A DNA stretch of 64,000 bases from Gammaproteobacteria bacterium. GTDB lineage: Bacteria > Pseudomonadota > Gammaproteobacteria > Steroidobacterales > GCA-2729495. The position numbers and the translations under genes are program-made. Positions 36,023-45,915 of this stretch are shown here, one piece after another. Numbering within the stretch: position 1 is the stretch's first letter; each line of letters begins with the position of its first letter. The DNA lies in NCBI GenBank assembly GCA_003695765.1, contig RFHQ01000063.1, forward strand, positions 562 to 64,561, written 5' to 3'. The notes beneath the pieces were generated by a model. The model had not been told where the DNA came from and ran no database searches. It saw only the letters and a program-made list of their open reading frames with translations.

Positions 36023-38533
36023 GTGACAAGCTTTATTCTCTGGCTGATCTGGACCGCCGCGCTGGCGGGCGTCGTCATCACGCTGGCCTACCGGCGAACC
36101 CCGCTGCGGACCGCCACCGCCGTGGCGGGCGCGGCGCTGGCCGTCTACACGCTGTTCGGTGTCGGCCACTGGTTGTGGCTGCTGTTGCTGTGGCTGGCTT
36201 TCGGCGGCGTCGCGCTGCTGAACCTGCCGGATTTCCGGCGCGAGCGCATCAGCCGCCCGCTGCTGAAGATCTACCGCGGCATGGTGCCGGACATGTCCGA
36301 CACCGAGCGCGAGGCGCTGGAGGCGGGCACCGTCTGGTGGGAGGGCGAACTGTTCAGCGGCCTGCCGGACTGGAGCAAGCTGACCTACCTGCCGCCGGCG
36401 GAACTGACCGCGGAAGAGCAGGCTTTCGTCGACGGCCCGACGCAGCGGCTCTGCGAAATGCTCGACGAGTGGCAGATCACGCACGAGCTGGCCGACATGC
36501 CGAAGCCGGTCTGGGATTTCATTCTCAAGGAACGCTTCTTCGCGATGATCATTCCGAAGGAGTACGGTGGCCTGGAGTTCTCGCCGCTGGCCGTGGCGAC
36601 CGTGCTCGGCCGCATCGCCAGCCGCAGCGCCGTGGCGGCGTCGACGATCGGGGTGCCGAATTCCCTGGGCCCGGCCGAGCTGCTGCTGCACTACGGGACC
36701 GAGGAGCAGAAGCGCCACTACCTGCCGCGGCTCGCCAGCGGCAAGGAGATCCCCTGCTTCGCACTGACCTCGCCGCGCGTCGGCTCCGACGCCTCCGCGA
36801 TCACCGACTACGGCGTGGTCTGCAAGGGCGAGTGGCAGGGCAAGGAAATCGTCGGCATCCGCCTGAACTGGGACAAGCGCTACATCACGCTGGCGCCGAT
36901 CGCCACGATCCTGGGGCTGGCCTTCAAGCTCTACGACCCGGACCACCTGATCGGCGAGCAGGACGAATACGGCATCACTGCGGCGCTGATCCCGACCGAC
37001 CTGCCCGGAGTCGAAACCGGGCGGCGGCACTTCCCGCTGAACATCCCGTTCCAGAACGGCCCGACCCGCGGCAAGGACGTGTTCGTACCACTGGATGCGA
37101 TCATCGGTGGCCCGGAGCGCGCCGGCCAGGGCTGGAAGATGCTGGTCGAGCAGTTGTCAGCGGGGCGAGCCATCGTGCTGCCGGCGAACAGCATGGGCGG
37201 CAGCCAGGCCGGCACCTGGGCCACCGGCGCCTACGCGCGCATTCGCCGCCAGTTCGGCCTGCCGATCGGCAAATTCGAGGGGGTCGGCGAAGCGCTCGCG
37301 CGCATGGCCGGCTACACCTATATCATCAACTCGGCGGTCAAGGTCACGACCACCGCGATCGGCCGCGGTGAAAAGCCTGCCGTGCCATCGGCGATCCTGA
37401 AATACCACTGCACGGAAATGGCCCGTCAGGTCGCCGCCGACGCGATGGACGTGCACGGCGGCAAGGGCATCATGCTGGGGCCGAAGAACTATCTCGGTCG
37501 CGGCTACCAGGCGATCCCGATCGCCATCACGGTCGAGGGCGCCAATATCCTCACCCGCAGCCTGATCATATTCGGGCAGGGCGCCGTGCGTTGCCATCCC
37601 TTCGTGCTGAAGGAGATGGAAGCCGCGGCGGACAAGGATTTCGAACGCGGCCTGCGCCAGTTCGACGAAGCCCTGTTCGGCCATGTCGGCTATGCGATCA
37701 GCAATGCCGCCCGCGCCTGGGTACTGGCACTGACGCATGCGCGGCTGACACAGTCACCGGTGTTCGGCCCGACGGCGCGCTACTACCAGCACATCAATCG
37801 CTACAGTGCGGCTTTCGCGCTGGCGGCCGATGTCTCGATGCTGACCCTGGGCGGTTCGCTGAAACGCAAGGAGCAGCTGTCGGCGCGGCTCGGTGACGTG
37901 TTCAGCGCGATCTATCTCGCGAGCATGGTGCTGAAGCATTACGAGGACCAGGGGCGGCCGGAGGAAGACCTGCCGCTGGTCGAATGGGCCTGTCGCACGC
38001 TGCTGTACCGTGCCCAGGAGCAGTTGCACGGCCTGCTGAGGAACCTGCCGAACCGGCTGGCGGCCGGGCTGCTGCGCATGCTGGTCTTCCCGCGCGGCCG
38101 CAGCTACTTCGCCCCGGCCGATGAACTCGGCCAGCAGATCGTCGACCTGATGATCCACCCGACGCAGACCCGGCAGCGGCTCTGCGCCGATGCGTTCACG
38201 GCCGACGTCCCCGGGAGTCCGCTCGGCGCCTTGCAAAGGGCGCTGCTGGCCGCCGAAGACGCGGAGCCGCTGCAGGCGAAGCTGCGCGAGGCGCGCCGTG
38301 CCGGACTGATCGGCAGCGAGGATCCACGCCAGCAGATCGACGAGGCCGAGCAGGCAGGCGCGCTCGACGCGGCCGAGGCCGCGCAGTTGCGCGCACTCGA
38401 CGACCTGGTGATGGAACTGTGCTCGGTGGACGATTTCGAGGGCTGGGAGCTGGGCACAAAGACCCGCAAGCCCCGGGCGCGAAAGAAAAAAACGGTTGCA
38501 AAATCACCCGAGTTGCGCGCCGCGGCTTCATGA
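36023..38533 (+). CDS. fadE: Large acyl-CoA dehydrogenase, FadE type
   Basis: The product is 836 aa. N-terminal TM helices are followed by acyl-CoA dehydrogenase domains and a long C-terminal DUF1974-like extension. The start codon is GTG. Confidence 0.9.
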   Translation: MTSFILWLIWTAALAGVVITLAYRRTPLRTATAVAGAALAVYTLFGVGHWLWLLLLWLAFGGVALLNLPDFRRERISRPLLKIYRGMVPDMSDTEREALEAGTVWWEGELFSGLPDWSKLTYLPPAELTAEEQAFVDGPTQRLCEMLDEWQITHELADMPKPVWDFILKERFFAMIIPKEYGGLEFSPLAVATVLGRIASRSAVAASTIGVPNSLGPAELLLHYGTEEQKRHYLPRLASGKEIPCFALTSPRVGSDASAITDYGVVCKGEWQGKEIVGIRLNWDKRYITLAPIATILGLAFKLYDPDHLIGEQDEYGITAALIPTDLPGVETGRRHFPLNIPFQNGPTRGKDVFVPLDAIIGGPERAGQGWKMLVEQLSAGRAIVLPANSMGGSQAGTWATGAYARIRRQFGLPIGKFEGVGEALARMAGYTYIINSAVKVTTTAIGRGEKPAVPSAILKYHCTEMARQVAADAMDVHGGKGIMLGPKNYLGRGYQAIPIAITVEGANILTRSLIIFGQGAVRCHPFVLKEMEAAADKDFERGLRQFDEALFGHVGYAISNAARAWVLALTHARLTQSPVFGPTARYYQHINRYSAAFALAADVSMLTLGGSLKRKEQLSARLGDVFSAIYLASMVLKHYEDQGRPEEDLPLVEWACRTLLYRAQEQLHGLLRNLPNRLAAGLLRMLVFPRGRSYFAPADELGQQIVDLMIHPTQTRQRLCADAFTADVPGSPLGALQRALLAAEDAEPLQAKLREARRAGLIGSEDPRQQIDEAEQAGALDAAEAAQLRALDDLVMELCSVDDFEGWELGTKTRKPRARKKKTVAKSPELRAAAS

Positions 38534-38590
38534 CAGCGGCGACACGCTGCGTTAACATCGCGCCACGGCAGATGGCGTGAGGGAGCAGCC

Positions 38591-39070
38591 ATGAGCAGAC
38601 GCGGTATTGCGGCAACGGCCGGCCTCCTGGTTCTGCTGCTGGCGGCCTGCGGGCCGGGGCAGGAACAGTCGACGGGCGCGGGCCAAGCCGGGGGAACGCC
38701 GGCGGCGGCTGCGCCCCGGACGCCGGCGCCACCGGGTGCCGCCGTGTTCTTCATCGAGCCGGCCAATGGAGCAACAGTGAAGTCACCGGTCACGATCAAG
38801 TTCGGCATCAGCGGGATGAGCGTGGCGCCTGCCGGCGACCCGACGCCGAATACCGGCCACCACCACCTGCTGATCGACACCGAACTGTCCGACCCGACGC
38901 AACCGGTGCCCAGCGACGCCAATCACCTGCACTTCGGCAAGGGCCAGACCGAGGCCAGCATCGAACTGCCGCCGGGCGAGCATCGGCTGCAGCTGGTGCT
39001 GGGTGACGCGAACCATGTGCCGCATGATCCGCCGGTCGTGTCGGAACCCATCACGATCACCGTCGAATAG
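38591..39070 (+). CDS. DUF4399-domain lipoprotein
   Basis: The lipobox LLLAAC, the motif GHHHLLID and the ending HFGKGQTE...LQLVLGD are characteristic of DUF4399 (recognised from memory). Confidence 0.8.
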   Translation: MSRRGIAATAGLLVLLLAACGPGQEQSTGAGQAGGTPAAAAPRTPAPPGAAVFFIEPANGATVKSPVTIKFGISGMSVAPAGDPTPNTGHHHLLIDTELSDPTQPVPSDANHLHFGKGQTEASIELPPGEHRLQLVLGDANHVPHDPPVVSEPITITVE

Positions 39071-39088
39071 ATTCGAACTGGACTCGAT

Positions 39089-40558
39089 ATGACTCAACCG
39101 GTCGTAGGCATCAGCGGGTTTTCCATCTACCTGCCACCTTTTCGCGTAGACCTGCGCGCGTGGTCGGAATGGACCGGCGCCAACTGGGACAAGATCCGCT
39201 CGGTCGTCGGCACGGGCTTTCGCCTGCTCGGCCCCGGCCAGAGCGTTTACACGATGGCGGCAAACGCGGTATTGCAGCTGCTGCGCAATTACGACATCGA
39301 TCCGGGCCGGGTCCGTTACCTGGCCCTCGGCACCGAGTCGAGCACCGACAACTCGGCCGGTGCGATCATCATCAAGGGCATGGTCGACAGCGCGCTGCAG
39401 GCCAACGGGATGCCGCCCTTGTCGCGCCACTGCGAGGTACCGGAGTTCAAGCACGCCTGCCTGGGCGGCGTCTACGGGCTCAAGAACGCGCTGCGTTTCC
39501 TGCTGGCCGATGCCGATGACGATTCGGTCGCGATCGTGGTGTCGGCCGACAAGGCGCTGTACCGGCAGGGCAGCAGCGGTGAACCGACACAGGGCGCCGG
39601 CGCTGTCGCGGTCCTGCTGGAACGCAATCCGCGAATCGCCCGCATCGACCTGCGCGAGGCGGGCACCGCGTCGGACTATCGCGGTGTCGATTTCCGCAAA
39701 CCGCTGATCAACCGCAACGGTACCGGCGCGAGCCCCGAGTTCGTCGACATTCCGGTATTCAACGGCAAATATTCCACCAGTTGCTACATCGACGAGTGCC
39801 AGCACGCGCTGGAAGACATGTACGCGCGCCGCGGCCTGAAGGCCGGCGAATATCTGCGCGGCCTGCGCGCGGCGTTCCTGCACCGGCCCTATCGCCGCAT
39901 GCCGGAGTCCGGCTGGAGCATGGCCTATCTGTTCGCGCTCGCCGGCGGCGACGACAGCGACCATCAGGAGTTGCAGGTCTATTGCAGCAAGGCCGGCGTC
40001 GACCCGCAGGCGCTGCTCGCCGAATTGCGGCAGCCGCCGCGCCTGAGCGAATTCGCCAGCCGCGAACGTATCGGCGAGGAAGTGTTCCCGCTATCGCTGG
40101 CCGTGCTGCGCGAGTTCCGTCGTGACCCGGCCTTCCAGGACATCGTCAAGGCCAAGCTGCGGCTGGGCGCCGAGGCCATGTGCGAACTGGGCAACCTCTA
40201 CACCGGCGCCCTGCCCGCCTGGGTTGCGGCCGGCCTGACCGAAGCCGTCGAGACCGGCGAAGAACTGGCCGGCGAGGAAATCCTGATGATCGGCTACGGC
40301 AGCGGAGACGCCGCCGACGCGATGCCGATGCACATCGTGCCCGGCTGGCAGGAAGCCGCTCGCGCCATCCGTTTCGCCGAGGCCCTGCAACCGGTCGTCG
40401 AACTGAACCACGAGCAGTACCAGGCGATCCGCGAGCGCGGCGAAGCCGCGCAGCTGGACTATCAGCCGCACGGTGAGTTCATCGTCGAGCGCGTCGGCGC
40501 CGAATCCGCGGCGTCCTTCCAGGACGCCGGCATCGAGTACTACCGCTACGTACAGTAG
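39089..40558 (+). CDS. mvaS: Hydroxymethylglutaryl-CoA synthase-family enzyme
   Basis: GTESSTDNS, the catalytic region EFKHACLGG and GEPTQGAGAVAVL match HMGS motifs. At 489 aa it is longer than typical bacterial MvaS. Confidence 0.85.
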   Translation: MTQPVVGISGFSIYLPPFRVDLRAWSEWTGANWDKIRSVVGTGFRLLGPGQSVYTMAANAVLQLLRNYDIDPGRVRYLALGTESSTDNSAGAIIIKGMVDSALQANGMPPLSRHCEVPEFKHACLGGVYGLKNALRFLLADADDDSVAIVVSADKALYRQGSSGEPTQGAGAVAVLLERNPRIARIDLREAGTASDYRGVDFRKPLINRNGTGASPEFVDIPVFNGKYSTSCYIDECQHALEDMYARRGLKAGEYLRGLRAAFLHRPYRRMPESGWSMAYLFALAGGDDSDHQELQVYCSKAGVDPQALLAELRQPPRLSEFASRERIGEEVFPLSLAVLREFRRDPAFQDIVKAKLRLGAEAMCELGNLYTGALPAWVAAGLTEAVETGEELAGEEILMIGYGSGDAADAMPMHIVPGWQEAARAIRFAEALQPVVELNHEQYQAIRERGEAAQLDYQPHGEFIVERVGAESAASFQDAGIEYYRYVQ

Positions 40559-40563
40559 GCCCG

Positions 40564-41589
40564 TCAGCCACCCAGCTCGACGCCCGGCACCGCCAGCTGC
40601 AGTTCCGGCACCGCGTAACCGGCTTCGCGAAAGGCCGCGCGCAAGGCCTGCGCGCGTTCCGGATCGTCGGTGAACGCGATGCCGAAGTCGCCGCCACCGG
40701 CACCGGAGGTCTTGTAGACGGCGCCTACGCGGGCCGCGATCGCCGCCAGTTCCCGGTGTTCCGGCGTCAGGATGCCGATCCGGCCGGCGCGGTCCACTGC
40801 CGCCAGTGCAGCGGCGAACTCGCTGACGGCGGCCAGGATGCCGGTGATCTCGCCGCGCTCCCAGGCGTCGGCCGCCAGGCGCGCCGCGGCCCCGAGCTCG
40901 CCGATCGCGCCGGCCGCCCGGCCGCCGGCTTCTTGCAGCGCCGCGTAACGGACCAGCATCGCCGGCGTGCTGGCCGGCCTCCCGGACCACGCGAGCACCG
41001 GCAACAGCCCGGCGGGCCAATCCAGGCGCCGGCAGGCCGAGGCCCCGCGCAGCGGCTCCGCACGCAGCAGGCCCCCGTGCAGGGCGCTGAGCACGTCGAT
41101 GCCGCTGCCGCGGCCGCCCTGAAAGCGCCGGTGCGCGGCCAGCAGCAACGCGCCGAGTTCCTCCGGTGCCGGGCGCAGCGCCCAGGCCGGCAGCAAGGCC
41201 GCCGCCAGCGCCACCAGCACGGCAGCGCTGGAGCCCAGTCCGGCCTTGGCACGGCCGCCGGCCCCGTCGTCGAACTGCAGGGCCCCGCTGTCCAGCTCGA
41301 TCTCCACGGGCCGCGGCTGCCAGTCCCATGGACCCGCGCGCAACTCCGCGACCAGCGCCGCGAGCAGCGCGCCGCGTTCGCCCGGTTCGGCGCCGGTCCA
41401 TTGCAAGCCCGAGTCGCGGTGGCAACGGAAGGGCCAACGCCCGCCGCCGCTGGCCAGCCAGCTGCCGGTCGCCGGCCGCACGATCGCATGGGCCCGGGCG
41501 TCGACGGCGGCGACCACGGCCGGCGCGCCGTCCAGTACCGCGTACTCGCCGCAGATCAGTAGCTTGCCCGGGGCACTGGCCTCAGTCAT
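40564..41589 (-). CDS. mvaK2: GHMP-family kinase, most like phosphomevalonate kinase (ERG8/MvaK2 type)
   Basis: The N-terminal PGKLLICGEYAVLDG is typical of PMK, whereas mevalonate kinases have GEHAVV. The GHMP motif GLGSSAA is present. It overlaps the mvaD stop by 8 nt. Confidence 0.75.
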   Translation of the reverse strand: MTEASAPGKLLICGEYAVLDGAPAVVAAVDARAHAIVRPATGSWLASGGGRWPFRCHRDSGLQWTGAEPGERGALLAALVAELRAGPWDWQPRPVEIELDSGALQFDDGAGGRAKAGLGSSAAVLVALAAALLPAWALRPAPEELGALLLAAHRRFQGGRGSGIDVLSALHGGLLRAEPLRGASACRRLDWPAGLLPVLAWSGRPASTPAMLVRYAALQEAGGRAAGAIGELGAAARLAADAWERGEITGILAAVSEFAAALAAVDRAGRIGILTPEHRELAAIAARVGAVYKTSGAGGGDFGIAFTDDPERAQALRAAFREAGYAVPELQLAVPGVELGG

Positions 41590-42565
41590 CGCCTGTCAGC
41601 AGCCGGGCGCCTTCGCCGAGCCCGCCGCGAATGGTCCGCAGAACGCCCGGGATGGCCGCGAGGCGTTGCTCGATCTCGGCCGCCGCAGCCGGTTCGCAGA
41701 CCGCCTTGACCTGCGGGCCGGCATCCACGGTGAAGAACACCGGCAACCCGTCCCGCCGCCATTGCTGGATCGCCTGCAGGCAGGCCAGCGTTGCCGGGGA
41801 CCAGTACAGCAATGGTGGCCGCGTCGTCAGCATGACCGCATGCATCTTCAGGCAATTGTGCTCGGCGAGCTCGGCCAGCGCCGGGAAATCGCGGGTGGCA
41901 ATCGACGCTTCGGCCGCCGCAAGATCTGCCGGCTGGGTCTGCAGCCAGGCCGGGTAATAGGGTGAACTGTCGCGGCTGAGGCGCATGCCATCGCGGGAGC
42001 TGGTGGCCTTCGGCGCTTCGGTGGTCACGGCGACGACTACCTCCAGCGGCCAGTCCGCCGCGGCCAGCAGGGAGCGGCAGCGGGTCTGCTCGCCGTGCTG
42101 TTCCAGCCGCACGAAACCGCCGTACAGCGAGCGCGGAGCCGAGCCGGAACCGATCCGCGCGATATCGACCAGCCGCGGCTCGCCGGCAGGGATGCCCAGC
42201 GCTGCGGCCGCGGCCACCGTCAGCGCCGCGTAACCGGAAGCCGAAGAGGCGAGGCCGGCGCCGGTCGGGAAATCGTTCCGCGACTCGACGCGCGCCCGCC
42301 AGCCGATGCCGGCCAGGCTCCGCAGTGCATCGAGGCAGGCCGTCAGCCGTGCCTGCTCGCCAGGCGCACGCCGACCGTTCAGCCAGAGTTCGTCGTCGGC
42401 GAATTCCGGGTCGAAGGCGACGGTGCTGCGCGATTGCATGGCGCCCAGCGTGATCGACAGCGAGTCGACCGCGGGCAGGTTGGCCTCGCCGTCGTCGCGC
42501 TTGCCCCAGTATTTGATCAGGGCGACATTGGGGTGGGCGACAGCCGTCGCGCGCATTCGGGCCAT
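41582..42565 (-). CDS. mvaD: Diphosphomevalonate decarboxylase
   Basis: PNVALIKYWGKRD, SLSITL, AGLASSASG and FTVDAGPQV are present. The start may instead be the internal ATG at 42556. Confidence 0.88.
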   Translation of the reverse strand: MARMRATAVAHPNVALIKYWGKRDDGEANLPAVDSLSITLGAMQSRSTVAFDPEFADDELWLNGRRAPGEQARLTACLDALRSLAGIGWRARVESRNDFPTGAGLASSASGYAALTVAAAAALGIPAGEPRLVDIARIGSGSAPRSLYGGFVRLEQHGEQTRCRSLLAAADWPLEVVVAVTTEAPKATSSRDGMRLSRDSSPYYPAWLQTQPADLAAAEASIATRDFPALAELAEHNCLKMHAVMLTTRPPLLYWSPATLACLQAIQQWRRDGLPVFFTVDAGPQVKAVCEPAAAAEIEQRLAAIPGVLRTIRGGLGEGARLLTGDD

Positions 42566-42644
42566 GGCGGGATACAGCCTGCAAACCGCGGAGCGGCGGC
42601 ATTATAGCGGCAGCCGACGAATCGAAGGTTTATCATCTCGCCCC

Positions 42645-43559
42645 ATGAACGAGACCGCTCCACTGCCAACGGCACCCGGTGACCGGATCGAGGGCTACCT
42701 CGCGCGCGTCGAGCGGGCGCTGGAGCGCTGGCTGCCGGGCAGCGAAACGCCGCCGTCCCGGCTGCACGAGGCCATGCGTTACTCGGTGCTCGGCGGTGGC
42801 AAGCGCATCCGGCCGCTGCTGGTCTACGCGGCCGGTGAAGCGCTGGGGACCGAGGTCGCGCTGCTGGACGCGCCGGCCGTCGCGATCGAACTGATGCACG
42901 CGTTCTCGCTGGTGCACGACGACCTGCCGGCGATGGACAACGACGACCTGCGGCGCGGGCGACCGACCACGCATCGGGCCTTCGACGAGGCCACGGCGAT
43001 CCTGGCCGCCGATGCGCTGCAGCCGCTCGCCTTTCAGGTGCTGAGCAGCGATCCGGCGCTGCTGCCCTTCCCGGACGCCCAGGTCGCGCTCGTGCGGCTG
43101 CTGGCGGAGGCCTGTGGCTCGGAAGGGATCACCGGCGGGCAGGCCATCGACCTGGCCTCCGAGGGGCGGCAACTCGATGCCGCGGAACTCGAGCACATGT
43201 ACCGCCTGAAGACCGGCCGCTTGCTGCGAGCCAGCATCATGGCGCCGGCCTGCTGCCCGCCGCGCCCGGCGACCGAGATCCGGCATGCGCTGGAGCGCTT
43301 TTCGGATCGCCTCGGGCTGGCTTTCCAGATCCGCGACGACATCCTCGACATCGAGGGCGAAACCGCGGTCATCGGCAAGCAGCAGGGGGCCGACATCGCC
43401 CGGGACAAGGCGACCTACCCGGCGATGTTCGGACTCGAACAGGCCCGCGGGCGGCTGGCCGAGCTGCTCTCCGAAGCCATGGAGGAACTCGAGCGCTTCG
43501 GTGAGCGCGGCGAGTTCCTGCGCAGCCTGACCCGCATGGTCGTCGAGCGGCGACACTGA
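42645..43559 (+). CDS. ispA: (2E,6E)-farnesyl diphosphate synthase
   Basis: GGKRIRP, the first DDxxD motif (LVHDDLPAMDNDDLRRG) and the second (FQIRDDILD) are present. Start taken at ATG 42645 inside track ORF 42306..43559. Confidence 0.92.
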   Translation: MNETAPLPTAPGDRIEGYLARVERALERWLPGSETPPSRLHEAMRYSVLGGGKRIRPLLVYAAGEALGTEVALLDAPAVAIELMHAFSLVHDDLPAMDNDDLRRGRPTTHRAFDEATAILAADALQPLAFQVLSSDPALLPFPDAQVALVRLLAEACGSEGITGGQAIDLASEGRQLDAAELEHMYRLKTGRLLRASIMAPACCPPRPATEIRHALERFSDRLGLAFQIRDDILDIEGETAVIGKQQGADIARDKATYPAMFGLEQARGRLAELLSEAMEELERFGERGEFLRSLTRMVVERRH

Positions 43560-43624
43560 TCACGCTGCCGGCGCCGGGGCGGCTGCTACAATAGGCCGCG
43601 ATCCAGGCTGCCCTCGCCCGGCCT

Positions 43625-45247
43625 ATGTACACCAGCTTCTTTGGGCTGAACGAGAAGCCCTTCTCGATCACTCCGGACCCTCGCTACCTGTTCATGAGCG
43701 AGCGGCATACGGAGGGCCTGGCCCATCTGCTGTATGGGGTCCGGGAATCCGGCGGCTTCATTCAGCTGACCGGCGAAGTCGGCACCGGCAAGACGACGCT
43801 GGTCCGGACGCTGCTGCAGCAGCTGCCGGCGGACGCCGACGTCGCGCTGATCCTGAATCCCCAGCTGTCGCGCGTCGAATTCCTCAGCGCGATCTGCGAG
43901 GAGCTGGGCGTGCCGCTGCCCGACGACCCAAACAGCGTGAAATCCTTGACCAACGCGCTGAACGCCTTCCTGTTGCGCAACCACGCGCGCGGCCGGCACA
44001 CGATCCTGATCGTCGACGAGGCGCAGAACCTGAAGCTGGACGTGCTCGAGCAGGTCCGCCTGCTGACCAACCTGGAGACAGCCAAACAGAAGCTGCTGCA
44101 GATCATCCTGATCGGCCAGCCGGAACTGCGCGAAGTGCTGGAGCGGCGCGACATGCGCCAGCTCGCCCAGCGCATCACCGGCCGCTATCACCTCGAACCG
44201 CTGTCGCGCGAAGAAACCGACGCCTACGTCCAGCACCGGCTCAAGGTCGCCGGCGCGGTCGGCACGATCTTCACCCCCGGCGCCCGCCGGACCCTGTACC
44301 GCCTCTCGGGCGGCGTGCCGCGGGTCATCAACGTGATCGCCGACCGGGCGCTGCTGGGGGCGTTTTCCCGCGAAAGCCAGCAGGTCACGCCGGCCATCGT
44401 CCGCGCGGCGGCGCGCGAAGTCTATGGCCGGCGGCCGGGCGCCGGCCTGTCCTGGCTGCGCTGGGCGGGCGCCGGCGCGCTGCTCGGCCTCGGCCTCTTC
44501 ACCGGCTTCGCGTGGCTCGGCCGGGCCGGCGACGGCGAACCGGCCGTGCCCCGGCCCGCGCCGGTGCTGGAAACTGCCGCCGGCGCGCCGGCGACACCGG
44601 CCGCGGAGCCGGCGGCCGACGGGCCGGTCCTGCAGGACATCCTCGCCAGCGCCGGCGATGCGACCAGCACCGACGCGGCCTTCGCCACCCTGTTCCGCCT
44701 CTGGGGAGAAACCTACCGGCGCGGCACCGGCAGCGCCTGCAAGCAGGCTGAGCAACACCAGCTGTTCTGCCTCTTCCAGCGGGGCTCGCTGGCGCAGGTG
44801 CGCGGCATGGACCGCCCGGCGATCCTGACGCTGCGCGACCTCGACAGCAATCAGCACCAGGTCGTCCTCTCCGGTCTCGGCGAGCAGCAGGCGACCCTGA
44901 CCATCGGCGAGCAGGAATACCGGGTCCCGCTCGCCGAGCTGGACCGCTACTGGTTCGGCGAATATCTGCTCCTTTGGCGGCCGGTGGCGGGCGAGGTGAA
45001 GGCCTACTTTCCGGGCATGCGCGATCCGGGCGTGCGCTGGATACGCGAGGCCCTGGCTGCAATCCAGGGCCGCCCGGCGACACCGATGGGTTCGGACCTG
45101 TTCGACGAGGCGCTGGCCGAGCGCGTGCGCGAATACCAGCGCCAGCGCCGCCTGACCGTGGACGGGCTGGTCGGCCAGCAGACGCAGATCGCCATGATCA
45201 CCGACCTCGGCGCCGGCGATCAGCCGAGACTGACCCGGGTGAACTGA
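43625..45247 (+). CDS. exeA: ExeA/GspA-type AAA ATPase with a C-terminal peptidoglycan-binding domain
   Basis: FGLNEKPFSITPDPRYLF, Walker A (GEVGTGKTT), a central TM segment and a C-terminal PG_binding_1-like region (RLTVDGLVGQQT) are present. Confidence 0.88.
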   Translation: MYTSFFGLNEKPFSITPDPRYLFMSERHTEGLAHLLYGVRESGGFIQLTGEVGTGKTTLVRTLLQQLPADADVALILNPQLSRVEFLSAICEELGVPLPDDPNSVKSLTNALNAFLLRNHARGRHTILIVDEAQNLKLDVLEQVRLLTNLETAKQKLLQIILIGQPELREVLERRDMRQLAQRITGRYHLEPLSREETDAYVQHRLKVAGAVGTIFTPGARRTLYRLSGGVPRVINVIADRALLGAFSRESQQVTPAIVRAAAREVYGRRPGAGLSWLRWAGAGALLGLGLFTGFAWLGRAGDGEPAVPRPAPVLETAAGAPATPAAEPAADGPVLQDILASAGDATSTDAAFATLFRLWGETYRRGTGSACKQAEQHQLFCLFQRGSLAQVRGMDRPAILTLRDLDSNQHQVVLSGLGEQQATLTIGEQEYRVPLAELDRYWFGEYLLLWRPVAGEVKAYFPGMRDPGVRWIREALAAIQGRPATPMGSDLFDEALAERVREYQRQRRLTVDGLVGQQTQIAMITDLGAGDQPRLTRVN

Positions 45248-45915
45248 TGTCCTTCATTCTCGACGCCTTGCGCAAGAGCGAGCACGAGCGCCAAGACCGG
45301 CTCACGCCCGGCATCGCCGACGCGCGCCAGCGCCGGGCCGGCGGCGGGCGCGCTCCGTGGCTGCTCTTGCTGAGCCTGCTGCTGGCCGCGAATGCCGTGC
45401 TCGTCGCCTGGCTGCTGCTGCGCGATGCGGGCGGCAGCGGTCCGCAGACGGTCGCATTGCCGGTGCCCCCGGCCGGCCAGCCGGCGCCTCTCGGCGATCT
45501 CAAGCCGCTGCCCGAGGCCAGCGAGACGCTGCGCGAGCCCGCGCCGGCCGCACCGGCACTCAAGGCCGACGGGCCGGCGGCCGGAGCCGGCGCGACGGCG
45601 GCGCCCCGCGTCACGGCGGAGCAGATCCCGCCTTCGCCGGCGGCCGGCGAGACCCCGGCGCCGCCGGCGGCGGACAGCGGTGAGGTCCTGCCCTCGCTGC
45701 AGCAGCTGGTGCTCGGCGGCCTGCTGGAACTGCCGCCGCTGCGCATCGACATGCACGTCTACAGCGACGATCCGGGACGTCGCTTCGTGTTCGTCAACAT
45801 GCGCAAATACCGGGAAGGCGAGCGGCTCCGGGAAGGCCCGCTGCTCGAGCGGATCACGGCCGACGGCGTGGTGCTGAACCACCAGGGCCGGCGCTTCACG
45901 CTGGCGCGCGAGTGA
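45247..45915 (+). CDS. exeB: GspB/ExeB-like general secretion accessory protein
   Basis: The N-terminus MSFILDALRKSEHERQ and a single TM segment are typical of GspB. Its start shares one nucleotide with the exeA stop (TGATG). Confidence 0.7.
   Translation: MSFILDALRKSEHERQDRLTPGIADARQRRAGGGRAPWLLLLSLLLAANAVLVAWLLLRDAGGSGPQTVALPVPPAGQPAPLGDLKPLPEASETLREPAPAAPALKADGPAAGAGATAAPRVTAEQIPPSPAAGETPAPPAADSGEVLPSLQQLVLGGLLELPPLRIDMHVYSDDPGRRFVFVNMRKYREGERLREGPLLERITADGVVLNHQGRRFTLARE

Noticed and set aside
34314-36029. 571-aa minus-strand ORF
   Set aside because: It is antisense to the 114-aa secreted-protein gene and to mdh. The mdh assignment is unambiguous.
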